Positions 23,704-37,322 of a DNA stretch of 64,000 nt are shown here, one piece after another; within the stretch, counting starts at the first letter, position 1, and each line of letters opens with the position of its first letter. The translations under genes were made by a program, and so were the position numbers. This DNA is from Azolla caroliniana. Taxonomy: Eukaryota; Plantae; Polypodiophyta. Below the pieces are notes generated by a model. The model was not told where the DNA came from. It saw nothing but the letters and a program-made list of their open reading frames with translations, and ran no database searches. The stretch is taken from positions 12,772,001 through 12,836,000 of the forward strand of contig JBHGNT010000001.1 in NCBI GenBank assembly GCA_043228905.1, read 5' to 3'.

Positions 23704-26700
23704 TAACCGGCCAACATTAAGCTTTCGACGGCAGAGGTATATGGTATCATCGTCATATCCGATTTCTCTAACTTTGTCTTCGGGCTCCGCTTTCCAGACA
23801 ATCTGCAGGTTGTCGGGAGTGTCGATCCGACGGGTTTCGTGTCCGACATGCTGAACCCCTGAAGCACCTTTGTCATGTACTTTTCTTGTGACAACCACAA
23901 TAGCTTCTTCTTCCGGTCCCGGATGATGTGCATCCCTAAGATTTGTCTTGCCGAACCCAAATCTTTCATTGAGAAGGTCTAGTTTAGGGCCTTCTTCAAC
24001 ATTCGTATCTTGACTTGGTCTCGTCCGACGGTCAGCATGTCGTCCACGTACATGAGCAATATCAAGAAATCTCCTCCATCAAGTTTCTTCACAAACACGT
24101 AGTGATTGTCTTGCGTCTTGTGGTACCCTTGATCTGTCATGAAGGAGTCAAACTTCCGGTACCATTGCCGAGGGACTTGCTTCAATCCGTATAAGCTCTT
24201 CTTCAGCCGGCACACCAGGTGCTCTTTCCCTTTCTTCTCAAATCCTTCCGGTTGATGCATGTAGATCTCTTCTTCGAGGTCGCCATGTAGGAATGTTGTC
24301 TTGACGTCCAATTGCTCTACCTCGAGGTCCATGCTTGCCGCTATGCCCAATACCGTCCAGATGGATGTCATCTTTACAACCGGGGTAAAGATCTCACCAA
24401 AATCCACACCTTTCTTCGGCTAGAAACCCTTCACTGTTAGGAAACAGGTCCCTCCGGATGGGAAGTGAGAAGAACCGTGTTGATGAGCAACTCGGCCGAG
24501 GCCGAAACCGGAAATCGTGGAGATAGCCAACACAGAAGGGCTAAACTTGTAAATAGTCGAAAGGTTACATTGGTATATAAGTACTTAGGGCAATCATGTT
24601 AGTGTAGCGCGTATTATTGTAAAGTTATTGTTGTCGAGGTCGTGGCCTCTGTAACTGTGAGCGTGAACGAGTGTGAGTGGAAGCGTGTGAGCTCCATAGC
24701 CGCCTGTTGGCGAAGCAGGATCTCGAGGTCGTTGCCTCTGAGATCTCTAATTGTATTCCTTTCTCTCATAGTGTTCTGTTTTGGAGTTTGTGGACTCCAC
24801 GTGGTTTTTTTCCCAGTTTGGGTTTCCATGTTAAAATGTGTGTCATTCTCAGTTTCTGTATTCTGTTTTTCCTTTCCATTAGATTGACTATTATTCCGCA
24901 CACGTACAACCGGTTGTGGCCGGCAACGATTTTAACTACATTCACTACGATCTGGGCCTTGTACCTCGGCGGATGTCCGTCATCTCCCGGTTTTAGCTTG
25001 TACACCCACTTGTTCTGGAGTGCCCTCTTTCCTTTCAGCAACTCTGTCAGTTCGTATGTGTGGTTCTCATGCAGGGAATCCATCTCTCCTGCATTGCTTC
25101 TTCAAAGCTTTCTGGCTCCTCCTCTCGGTTAGCAACACATGCTCTACATCTAGAAATCTCTGGGTGGTTCTCCTCTCTCTTGGAGGGTATCTCCATCCTT
25201 GGTTTTCGGCAATCGGCTCCTCCGTTTGTTCTTCATCCGGATCCATTTCGGGGTCTTGATCGGTTCCGGTGTTTGCTTCTTCTTCTTCTTCTTCTACCGG
25301 TTCGGTTTCTTCTCTGAAGCCGGCCGGTTCTTCGAGTGTCATCCAGCTTCCAACCGGATGGGTCCTCAGCTCCTTCAGCTGGTCTTTGCATGTCGACCCA
25401 AAATTCATTATCTTTTTCTCCGACTCCTAGTCGGCAATGTTCTTATCCTCCATGAAGATAATGTCCCGATTACAGAAAACCTTCTTGTCGACCGGGTCCC
25501 ACACTCGGTAACCAAACTCGTCCTCGCCATATCCAAGGAATATGCATGGCCGAGAGTTTGGATCCAACTTTGCTCTCTTGTCCTTTGCAACAAGCACATA
25601 GGCGAGACACCCGAACACCTTCAGATGCCGGTAAGATACATATTTACCGGTCCATACTTTTTCCAGTGAATCTCCTTCCAAGGGTATCTGTTTATCACAT
25701 AGGTCACCATCATCAACGCCTCAGCCCAAAACGTCTTGGGTAGCTTTGCATGTGCCAGCATGTTCCAGACTCTCTCCATCATGGTTCGGTTCATACGTTC
25801 AGCTAGTCTGTTCAATTCCGACGTCTTCGGCACGGTGAATTCGAGCCGGATTCCCTTCGACCGACAGTACTCCTCGAACTACCCGCGGTATTCGCCTTCG
25901 TTATCTGTTCAAACCGCCTTCAGCTTTCAACCGGTTTCTCTTTCCACTCTCGCGTGGAGTTCCTTGAAGACAGACAACACCTGATCCTTCGTCTTCAACG
26001 GTGAGACCCACAGCTTCCAGCTGTGGTCGTCTATGAACTTCACGAAGTACTGTGATCTAGCATGTGACTTCATGTCCACTTGACACACATCGGTATGCTC
26101 CAGCTCCAGTGGTGCATTCCATCTCATCGGTGGTCTCGACCGGAAGGAGGTTCGGTTTTGCTTGCAGGCCAAGAAATCGGTGCACTTCTCAAGATGCACA
26201 TCTTTCACCTCCAGAATGAGGTTATCTTCGGCAAGTCTTTTCATCCCCTTCTGGCTCATATGACACAGTCTCTTGTGCCACAGCTCACCGGCAGTGTCAG
26301 ATGCTATGTTCACTTCTTCCCGGCATATCCGGGCATGCATGAGATACAATGTGTTGATCTTCCAGGCTCGAGCCATGATTAGGCTTCCTTTGCTGAATTT
26401 CATGACTCTATTCTAGATGCTACCCGTGTGGCCTTCATCATCTAGCCTACCAACTGATATGAGGTTCGACCAAACCTCCGGAACGTGTCAGACTTCTTTT
26501 AGCAATAATTTGCATCCGGTTGATGTTGTCAACAACACATCTCCTATGCCGACAATTCGGCATGTACCTTCATTCCCCATTCGGAGACAACCCTGATCTC
26601 TAGCTATGTAGGATGAGAAGCATTTCCGGTCTGGTGTCAAATGGAACGACGCTCCGAAATCGACAACCCACGTTGTCTCATCGCCGACAAGGTTTGACTT

Positions 26701-28167
26701 ATTTTCCTCGGCAATGAGCATCGGTTCTTCTTCACTTGTCGTGATCGCCGAAGTTCCTTTCCGATCTGAGCCATTCCAGTCCGAACCCTTCTTCGAATCG
26801 GCTTTGTCGGTTCCTTTCTCTTTCCGAAAATGCCGATAGTTCTTTTGGAAGAGCCCCGGGTTCCCCCAATAGAAGATCAACCTCATCCCCTATCTATCCC
26901 AATTTTGGGGGCTCCGATACCGGCCTCTTCCCTGGTTTCGGTCATCTTCTGTGACCAAGGCCTTCGGATTGGTTCCGGAGTCCCGGTCCTTCTGGCGAGT
27001 TACTTCATCTAGCAAGCTTGATTTTACCCTTGCTAGGGACAATTGATTTCCTTCCGGCTTGGTGTTGCCCAACGTGACAATAACGTCCCCCAACTATCCG
27101 GGAGGGAACCGAGCAGGAGCAATGCGAGTACCTCATCCGCGCGAGGTACTTCCAACGAGGTAGCTTGGTGTATTAACCCCTAGAAGGCATTCATGTGCTC
27201 CACCATACTGGAGCCGTCTTGGTACTAGAGCCTCATTAAATTCCAGAATACCGAAACCAGATTACCGACATTTTTGTTTTGGAACATGATGTTGATCTTC
27301 TCCCAGAGTTCATGAGCCTTACTTTCTTCATTGAAGTTGTTGTATAGGCTCATGTCGATGAAGCACTGGATGTACTCCGTTTTCTTCATGTGCATCACCT
27401 CCGATGTCGTAGCATCGATCTTGTCCAGTTTCTTGTCCCCGAACTATATCGGTAGCCAGAGATCTTTGACCATGAGCATGTCCCTCATCTTCGACTTCCA
27501 CAATGAGTTGTTGGAGCCGGTGAGCTTGAACATGCCGCCAAACGACTTTTCCATTTTGTGTGTTGTTAGTTCTAATACCAATTTGTAGGAAATAGCGCGG
27601 CTCGGCCACAACTGAGTCTTGAATCACTTCAATGAGAATCAAACACAGAAATGGGAAGTAGAGAGTGAACGATGCACGTACACACAAGCAACGATAGAGA
27701 ACACAAGATGTTTACGTGGAAAACCCTAAAGAGGGAAAAAACCACGGGAGCCCACAGACTCCAAACTATCACTATATGAGAAAGGTACAATTAGAGACTC
27801 GGAGGAAATGACGTCGAGCTCTATATCTTTGCCAAGCGGCGGTTACAACAGAGTATCACTCTATATATCTCTCTCTCTAACAATATACAACAACAACCTT
27901 GATCGCATATAAAGTGATTGCCCTAAGTCATATTTATATTCATATGACTTTAGGGCTATTTGCAAATATAGCCTCAATGGGCTTACTCTAACATATTTAA
28001 AAATATTTCCTTGGATCCGGTTTGCACCGGATCCATTCAGATTCACTCGATCCGGTTTCCGGGTCTCCTCCAGAACCCTTCCGGATCCGGTTCCTTCATT
28101 TGGGTCGTCCGATCTTGCTCCTCCGGTTCTCATCCTGATCCCATCTGGAGGGACCAAATTCCCAACA
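23704..28167 (-). mobile_element. Decayed Tnt1-like Ty1/Copia element E (3' end missing)
   Basis: 5' LTR 27584-28167, degenerate Met PBS TGGTATTAGAAC, gag, protease WVVDFGASFH, WHKRLCH, integrase and RT YVDDM fragments. Confidence 0.88.
24435..24940 (+). mobile_element. Copia solo LTR
   Basis: TG...CA termini, perfect 5-bp TSD TTCAC, start GGTCCCTCCGGATGGG shared with LTRs of F and I. Confidence 0.88.
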
Positions 28168-30333
28168 CCTTTGAGGTCCACAGGGAAAGTAAACCGACAT
28201 CAGTATGACGGCTTTCTAAGTCGAGTGCACGGATATTGCTGTGTGGGCACACTAACTTAGTGACAATCAAACGTAGTCACACACACACACACCTTGCGAC
28301 CCGTATACGAAAGTGTGTGTGATATTTCTTTTTGTAGGGAAAAACAGGTCCCTCGGGATGGGATGAGCCGAATCGAAAAGTGGCCAAGGCCGAAAATCGA
28401 TTTCCCGAAACCGAAATCGAGAATTGTTTATACCACCGATTCGGAAGACTATATTTGTGTCAACGATTACTTGCGGAAGCGTTAGAAAACAGAGAAATTA
28501 GGGAATACTCAAAGTACACAGGAGAGACGGAGAGAGCAGAACATAAAAGCTATATTACAAAACAATATAATCACTCTATTAATACAACTATGCTCAATAG
28601 CATTATTTATACAAGTCCTTGTGGGACTGACAGAAGTACCGCATACTTCAATGCTCACACGAGCATCTGACACTTACTACGAGACTATAAATGCCTAGTA
28701 GTCTACACTAATACTAGGCTTTCGGTTACTGATTGGATCCGGCTAACCGGTTCCCCAGCTCACCGGCTCTGTTGCTTGCCGGCTCAAGCTTATTCAACCG
28801 ATCCGGCTCCAGTTGAGCTTGGCGCTCAACACTCCCCGTCAAGCTCAACTTGGGGTTGGATCTTAGTGTCAGTCTCTGTGGCAGCCAGTTCTTCCAACCG
28901 ACTTCTCCTGGCATCGCTCCGCCTTGCTCGCGCTCCTCGTCCGGTCCGGTTTTGTTTGCCGCGACCCCTCTTGTTCTGTGCATCTCGACCTTCTCGGTCG
29001 GTATGTTTGCTCAATAGGCCCTTCTCAGCTCCTTCGCTGCTATGACTACGACGCTTATCGATCCGTCGGTTCCTCCGCGATGGCATCAACTTCCACTGCG
29101 TCCGTGTCTACTTCGCCTTGAATTGATCCGGTTCTTCTGAATCTGTCTTTTGAACCGAATCGACTGTCTCCGATTCGTTCTAGCTCTTGTCCGAATCGGT
29201 TGCTCCCGATTCGTCTTCTGGTTCCAAGCCCTTCACCACATCGGACAAGCTCTTCCCTCACCGGCGCAATCGGCAGTCTCTTTGCCTTTGCCCGTTCTGG
29301 TGTCCTTGCCCGTTCTCCCCCTCAAGTGTGGCACGTAAAGATGCTGAACACCAAGCATTTCGGTGAAGTGCTGCAACTTGTCCGAACCAAGCGGTTTGGT
29401 GAAGATGTCGGCAACCTACCGATCCGTGTGAACATACCGAAGTTCGACCTCACTGCTCAGGACACGCTCACGCACAATGTGATAGTGCACTTCTATGTGC
29501 TGTGTGTGAGCATGGAATACGGGGTTCTTAGCGAGTTGCATGCTGCTGATGTTGTCACAGTAGACCAGAATCGGGGTCGGGACCTCGATCCGTAGGTCTT
29601 GCAGCAGTCGCCGAAGCCAAATGGCTTCATAGGTGGCAAGGGTAGCGCCACGATACTCAGCCTCAGTGCTCGACAGAGCAACTGTTGGCTGCTTTTTGTT
29701 GCTCCACGCAACAGCCGCGCTACCTAAGGAAAACATGTAACCGGAGGTTGATATGATGCATCGTCGGCCTAGTCGGCATCCATGTAACCGACGAGCTCTT
29801 CGGGTATACCTTGCCGGTATAACAGTCCCTGGTCCTTCGTGCCACTAACATACCTGTTGAGAGACAAGCTCAACATCGGCCGGATCGGCTGAAGAAGCCG
29901 AGGACCGGATTGGTTGGGACCGATCGGTTAGGCCGAGTGCGTAAATCGGGAGGTCGTTAGGAAAGATATTCCGTGAGGAATATATTTGGGAGTTAGTGTA
30001 GGAGCTCTTAATGAGCATTGAAGTACTGTCAGTACTTCTGTCAGTCCTTCTAGGACTTGTATAAAAGTGTTCATTGAACAAACATTTGTATAGAGTGTGG
30101 TGAATAGAGATTGTTTTTGTTGAATATAGTTCTTGTGTTCTCTCTCTCTCACACATTCTCTCTCTCCCGCGTATACCGTGTAAGCTCAAGCTCTCCATTG
30201 AACATGAGTTTCCTTCCTTTTGTTCGGTCTTCATACCTGCTTCCACACGTTACTTTCTACATGGTATCAGAGCGTGAGGGTTGAGAACCTCTCTGCAGCC
30301 GCCACAGCTTGACGAAGAAGAACAAGAAGAACG

Positions 30334-31665
30334 ATGGATAGAGGCATGGCGAGCTCGTTTCCAACAGAGAAGCTCGACAGAACCAACTACGCGTCTTGGT
30401 CTTACAAGATGCACCAGTACCTGCTCGGGCACGACTACTGGAGTTATGTCGACGGAGCTAATGACGCGGCACCCGAATCGACACATAGAGACTTCCCGTC
30501 GTGGGAGCAATCGGCGAGCAGGGTATTATACTGCTTCGCGTCGTGTGTGGGCGAACAACTATTGAGCTATGTTCGGGATGCAAAGACGCCGAAGGGTGCG
30601 TGGGAAAATCTGAAGATGATTTTCGCCGCGAGCACCACAGCCAGGAAGCTTCAGCTCCGACAGGAGTTGAGCAACCTACGACAATGCGATTTGTCGGTGG
30701 CGGACTATACCTCGAAGATCAAGGATATCTGCGACTCCCTCGCCTCCATAGAGATGAACATCGAGGAGAGCGAGATGGTCCAGATCTGTCTCGGAGGTTT
30801 GGCGTCGAAGTTCGGAGCGTTCCGAACGGCAGTGTGTACTCGGGAGAATACGCCGTCCTTTTTCGACTTACAGTCAATGCTCCTGGTGGAGGAGAACCAC
30901 GCGGGTGCTTCTACAAGCACGCACACTGACAGCAGAATGTTGTACACGGAGGGAGATAAGCCCCGTGGCCGTGGAGGACGAGGCGAGTCGGCGCGCAATG
31001 GAGGCGGCCAACGAGATCAAGGAAGAAGGCACCGAAGTGATGCCGACAGCAACTCTGGACCCTCCGGAAACAGGGGGAGTCGAAGCGATGAGAATTGGCA
31101 AGGGAAAGCCATCGCGGAGTGCTGGTACTGTGGCAAGAAAGGCCACAGGGAAAGTGAGTGCTGGAAGAAGCACGCAGATTCGGAGAGAACCGGTTCCGAA
31201 AACGGCTCCAGACATACCAACAAGGGAAATTGGCAGCGATCGCACTACGCCGAAGACTCCGGGAGACCCGGAGAAGGGTCTGCCTTCGTGACGAGACACG
31301 AAGCAAACTCAATGAAACAGAGCACCCCGGGATCGGACGAGGTGTGGTACGTAGACTCTGACGCGTCAAACCACATGATGAGCCATAAGGAGTGGTTCTC
31401 GTACCTTGAAAAACCGATACAACCTGGAGTAGTCGCAACAGGAGACGACACTCCGCATCCGATCGTGAATGTCAGAGAAGTTCCGCTTAGCCATGTCGGG
31501 CAGAAAGGGAAACTCATGAACGTGCTGCACGTTCCGACAATCACAAAGAACTTGGTCTCGATCGGACAGATCGTCGACCAAGGGATGGAGGTTCGGTTTA
31601 CACACCTCGGGTGCTTCATTGAGGAAGAAGGCTGTGTGATTGCGCAAGGGCGCAGAGACGGGAGG
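30334..31665 (+). pseudogene. gag: Gag-protease part of the Copia H polyprotein
   Basis: KLDRTNYASW, CWYCGKKGHRESEC and WYVDSDASNHM motifs. Confidence 0.88.
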
Positions 31666-32211
31666 GGGTCGAAGCACGCTACGGTGTACCAGAAAAGTAC
31701 TGTTTTTGGCCACAAAAATTGTCAGTACTTTCAATACTATTAGTACTGAATAATTCAGAAAAAAAATTAGAGAAAAAGAAAATTGATTTTGGAGAGTGGG
31801 GTGACTGTAGTACAAGTGTCATTTACTGTAGAAGGAGTGGGGGGAACACGTGAGGAGATGTTCTTCCATTTTGGGGGCTATTTTCCCCTCACGTCGATTT
31901 TGGCGCTTCCCCTCAGGTCGTTTTGTTGCTTCCCCTCATACTGCTCTTCCTCTATCCCTCTGAGCTTTTCATCACAGACATCCATGTCACGTTTCTGATT
32001 TTCCTTCAATCTAAATCTCAGACATCCATGTCTGGTTGGAGAGTTTGAGTTGAGGATTTCTGATTTTTTTAGGGTTTCTGTTTTTGTTATGGTTTAGGTT
32101 GAGGTATAGAGACTGTTCTGAGGGTTTAGGTAGCAGCCAATAGTGACTTCTTCGACAACGACTTTCTTACTTCCACCGATTGCAGTTGATGTCGTGGTGA
32201 TTTGGGGCTTT

Positions 32212-32427
32212 TTCCACCAAATCGAGGCGGCATATCCAACGCTCCCTCCACCATTGGAGGTTCCTTCCACCAAATCGAGGCGGCATATCCAACGCTCCCT
32301 CCACCATTGGAGGTTCCTTCCACCAAATCGAGGCTGCATATCCACGCTCCCTCCACCATTGGAGGTTCCTTCCACCAAATCGAGGCGGCATATCCAACGC
32401 TCCCTCCACCATTGGAGGTTCCTTCCA
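32212..32427. repeat. 4 x 53-bp tandem repeat with CCTCCA-CCAT-TGGAGG hairpin
   Basis: Units start at 32212, 32265, 32318 and 32370. Confidence 0.92.
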
Positions 32428-32659
32428 TCCATTTTTTTATTTTCAGTACTAAAATGTTTCATTTCTTCATATTTCAGTACTAAATTTTTAGAATTGACAT
32501 TTGTCATATTTGATATGTAATTCTAATGTTTGAAACAAAATATTTCTCACTTTGCAGGCCACATTTAAAAACATTTGATTGTGTTTTCTTGGTTAAGTCT
32601 ATATAACATTAACTACTTTCGCTAGACACTTAATTTTTGTGGATAAATCTAGTGACCGA

Positions 32660-35600
32660 ATGGGGGTTCCTAACGAGAGTGAGTTGTCAAGTAACTCATG
32701 CATATCTGAAAGGACTAAGAGACGAGTGGTTCTTCACATAGTCCGTTATTTGGTAGAAATAACGAAGAGATTTAGTGAAGAGGATCGTAGGGATATTATC
32801 TGTAGAGTGTTACACCATCAAAGTTTGAATGAAGACATGGAGAGAATAAAATTTAGGGACCAATGTGTTTTAGAAGAGATTGTGGAGTCTATGAAGTCAT
32901 CCCTAGACTTAGTGAAAGGTGTAGAGAGCTTAGACAAACTTGCTGCAAAGAGGGCAGCCCTACACATGGTTGTGAACGGTGCGAGAGAAAAAAAATATAG
33001 TGATACTAAAGTTGCCTTAGCCCTGGGTATTCAAAGAAGGAACTTGAGGAAACATCGCCGAAATATACACTCAAGCAAATTCAAGTGGCTGGGGTCGGGA
33101 CGTAGACGACGATGTGATGCCTTATCTCAAGAGATTATTGAGAAAGTGGATTCATTTTGGGCCAAAAATACGCGTGTCTCACCAAATAAGAAGGACGTGT
33201 GTAGACAACGAATAAGTCAGGGTAAGTACCAGATTCACCCTAGACACTTCTTGGAGATGACAAAGGTATTCCATTTTTTTATATCAATTCACATTCCATA
33301 ACTTTGTGTTTTGACAAGTGTATATTAATGTTTGCTATATATATTGGTTGATGTAGGCTGAATTGTACATGAACTTTAAAGACCAACATCCAAGCTTGAC
33401 TGTTGGATTCCGCAAGTTCCAAGGTTTGAAACCATTTTATGTTAGAAAATTAAATGAGAGGAATACATGTTGTTGTGTGTACCATGTGAAGATGGACATG
33501 TTAAGGCTAGTAGTGAATGCAATGCGTACTGATTCTAAGGGTATACACGGGGAATTATGTGTCTGCACTTGTGAGATTTGTAGACCAAATGGGGAGGATA
33601 ATAGGTGTAATGCACGAAACATGACTTATGCATCCGTTTCTGAGCTATGGAGGTCTTGTGTTTGTGAAAAAGAACCATCATGTGAGTGGCATCGTCGTAC
33701 ATGTCTATTAAGAATATGTAAGGTTTGTCCGCTACCATTATTTTGTAGGCAGGAGCTTGATTTGGGAAATAGTCATATCGTGAAATGGAAATATTTGGAG
33801 TATGTGACTAAAAATATTGGCAAGGGAGTTGTAACTAAGCGTATCAAGGTAGTATATAAGGAGACATGTGCTGCTACCCTTCTCTCAGAATTTAAGAAAC
33901 AACTTGGGGAGTTCATTCCACATAACTTCCGGAGTTATTGGCAAAATTCACAGTTCAAGGAATGTATTAATAACTTACCAACGGGTGTCATCGTATCCGT
34001 TATTGATTTTGCAGAAAACTATACATTTAAAGTTCAAAATGAGGTTCAATCAATGCATTGGTACAATGATCAATGTACAATACTTGTACATATTTGCTAT
34101 TGGAGGCAAGACGGTGAGTTACATAAGAAATCAATATTTTACATTTCAGATGATAAAAAGCATGATACACTATTTGTTCAACATTGTTTTAAGCTTCACC
34201 ATGCAGATTTATTTTCTCTAGGGTTAACCTTTAACCGTCATTGGGTTTGGTCTGATGGTGCTGCCTCGCAGTTTAAGGCGGCACGATCGTTCTACTTTAT
34301 CGCCAGGTAATTTTTAATCCATATATTTAGTACTTATCATGCAATGTGTAAGGAAGTAATTCTTGTGTTAGTGGATGCATACTAATTATGTTTGTAACTA
34401 TTAACAAACAGTACTATTCACATGGATGCATACTAATTATGTTTGTAACTATTCAAATCTTGCACTTGTGAATGGATGCATGCATACTAATTTTGTTTGT
34501 ATTATGTTGTGTGTTGTATCTGTACTAAATCAGTATTTACTGAAGGATGTAAAGTACTCGTATTGTACTCTATAGTATTGTCCGTCCTTAAGAGAATTGT
34601 ACTAAGTAACTTTTAATCCATGTGAAGTGTTCTCCATAGACACATTGTGCTATGTTGTGTTTACAGAAGGATGTAAAGTACTCATCTTGTACTCATAGTA
34701 TTGTCCGTCCTTAAGAGAATTGTACTAATTATCTTTTTATCCATGTGAAGTGTTCTCCATAGACACATTGTACTATGTTGTGTGTTGTATCTGTACTATG
34801 TTGTGTTTACAGAAGGATATAAAGTACTCATCTTGTACTCATAGTATTGTCCGTCCTTAAGAGAATTGTACTAATTATCTTTTTATCCATGTGAAGTGTT
34901 CTCCATAGACACATTGTACTATGTTGTGTGTTGTATCTGTACTATGTTGTGTTTACAAAAGGATGTAAAGTACTCATCTTGTACTCATAGTATTGTCCGT
35001 CCTTCAGAGAATTGTACTAATTACGTTTTAATCGATGTGAAGGGTTCTCCATAGACACATTGTACTATGTTGTGTGTTGGTTTTGTACTATGTTGTGTTT
35101 ACAAAAGGATGTAAAGTACTCATCTTGTACTCATAGTATTGTCCGTCCTTAAGAGAATTGTACTAATTATCGATTAATCCATGTGAAGTGTTCTCCATAG
35201 ACACATTGTACTATGTTGTGTGTTGGTTCTGTACTATGTTGTGTTTACAAAAGGATGTAAAGTACTCATCTTGTACTTATAGTATTGTCCGTCCTTAAGA
35301 GAATTGTACTAATTATGTTTTAATCCATGTGAAGGGTTCTCCATAGACACATTGTACTATGTTGTGTGTTGTATCTGTACTATGTTGTGTTTACAAAAGG
35401 ATGTAAAGTACTCATCTTGTACTCATAGTATTGTCCGTCCTTCAGAGAATTGTACTAATTACGTTTTAATCGATGTGAAGGGTTCTCCATAGACACATTG
35501 TACTATGTTGTGTGTTGGTTTTGTACTATGTTGTGTTTACAAAAGGATGTAAAGTACTCATCTTGTACTCATAGTATTGTCCGTCCTTAAGAGAATTGTA

Positions 35601-37322
35601 CTAATTATCGATTAATCCATGTGAAGTGTTCTCCATAGACACATTGTACTATGTTGTGTGTTGGTTCTGTACTATGTTGTGTTTACAAAAGGATGTAAAG
35701 TACTCATCTTGTACTTATAGTATTGTCCGTCCTTAAGAGAATTGTACTAATTATGTTTTAATCCATGTGAAGGGTTCTCCATAGACACATTGTACTATGT
35801 TGTGTGTTGTATCTGTACTATGTTGTGTTTACAAAAGGATGTAAAGTACTCATCTTGTACTCATAGTATTGTCCGTCCTTCAGAGAATTGTACTAAATCA
35901 GTATTTACTCATGTTGTACTCATAGTATTGTACTAATCTTGTACTCATCTTTTAAACACATTGTGTGGTACTGATTATCTATTAATCAATGTTCAGCGTT
36001 CTCCATGAACACACTGTATTGTACTATGTGTTGTATCTATACTAAATCAGTGTTTATTGGGGGATGTAAAGTACATGTCTTGTAGTACTAATGATCTTCT
36101 AAGGAGGGTTGTGTTCTCCGTGGACACATTGTACTGTACTATCCGATATTGAACATTTTGTACTATTTATCTGTTAATACATGTAGAGTGCTTTCCATGA
36201 ACTCATTGTACTATACTTTGTGCTATATCCATACTAAGTTAGTATTAAATGGATGCCAGGTACTGTTGGTTGACAACATAGTACTATTTATCTTTTAATA
36301 AGTGTAGAGTGTTCTCAATGGATACGTTGTGCTATGCTTTGTTTTGTATTTGTACTAAATCAGTATTAATGGAAGTGTAGTACTCTCAATTGACAACATA
36401 GTACTAATTTTGTTGGAAACCTGAGATACCAAAGCAGGTATTCTCCTTATTCAATATTCGTATGCAATGGAATTACTTCGGGTCTGGACATGGAAAAGGA
36501 GAGCATGATGGCGCGGGGGCTGTGATCAAACGCGCCCTTACAAGTGAGCAGTTGGATAATAATGGTGCTAAGTTACAAAATGCACATGATGTTGTGCAGT
36601 GGCTAACATGGAAGATGTCAAACGATGGTAAGAACAAATTGTTTGTTGAAGTTCGCGCTGATGAGGTCGATAGAACTAAATCATATGGTTGTAAAACCGT
36701 GAAAGGCACACACAGCACCCATTGTGTGTTAGGGTTTAGCCGCAAGGACACAACACAATTGTTACTCCGTAGTTTATCATGCTTTTGTTCCATGTGTCTA
36801 GATGAAGCTTGGGATAAATGCATCAACCTATCAATCATGGAGCCCTGGAAGCTACAGAAGCTTGAGCCTGAACGACAAGATGATATTAAAGAGGATGTGC
36901 ATTCAAACGATATTGTATACTACAACCAAAATCAAGACTTGGCAGTTTTATTGGAAGTTGGAGATCATTTTGCAGTGCTCAAATATCCTCAGAATGAAGA
37001 TTTAGAAGACTACTACATTGTGGTGTGCAAGCAAGGAAAGACATTATTGAAAGAAGTGGTGAGGGATGGTTGGGGCAACAATTTCAACGTTGGTGAGTCT
37101 GTCGTGTATGGAAACTATTATGCAAAGTTGCCGCAGTGCAAGAACACATATGCATTACTAAAAGAAGCACCCATCGCAATAATCAACGCTGATGTCATTC
37201 TTGCGATCAAATTCAATATGACTCAAGCAAAGCACAAGGTTAAGGGATACAACACTGTCTACAAGGTCCCCCAAGAGGTTCATGAGCACATATTAGGGGA
37301 GGTCTCTCTATTTAATGCTTGA
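32660..37322 (+). CDS. Sola2-type DDD transposase, 3 exons (32660-33265, 33357-34306, 36438-37322), ~813 aa, with a 1-bp frameshift at the start of exon 3
   Basis: TCCCVYH Cys-rich region, VIDFAENY, QNEVQSMHW, ISDDKKHD, WSDGAASQFK and GHGKGEHDGAG motifs; GT-AG introns. Confidence 0.85.
34543..35900. repeat. 146-bp tandem satellite in transposase intron 2 (~10 units, 438-bp higher-order repeat)
   Basis: AAGGATRTAAAGTACT recurs at 34667, 34813, 34959, 35105, 35251, 35397, 35543, 35689 and 35835. Confidence 0.93.

Noticed and set aside
31666-31743. C-terminal extension of ORF 30334-31743 and N-terminus of ORF 44727-45209
   Set aside because: Read-through into the TIRs, not real protein sequence.
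32094-32520. Several overlapping ORFs with repeated peptides
   Set aside because: By-products of the 53-bp repeat, whose period is not a multiple of 3.
34543-35900. CRISPR-like array
   Set aside because: Units repeat over their whole length with no unique spacers, there are no cas genes, and the context is a eukaryotic intron.
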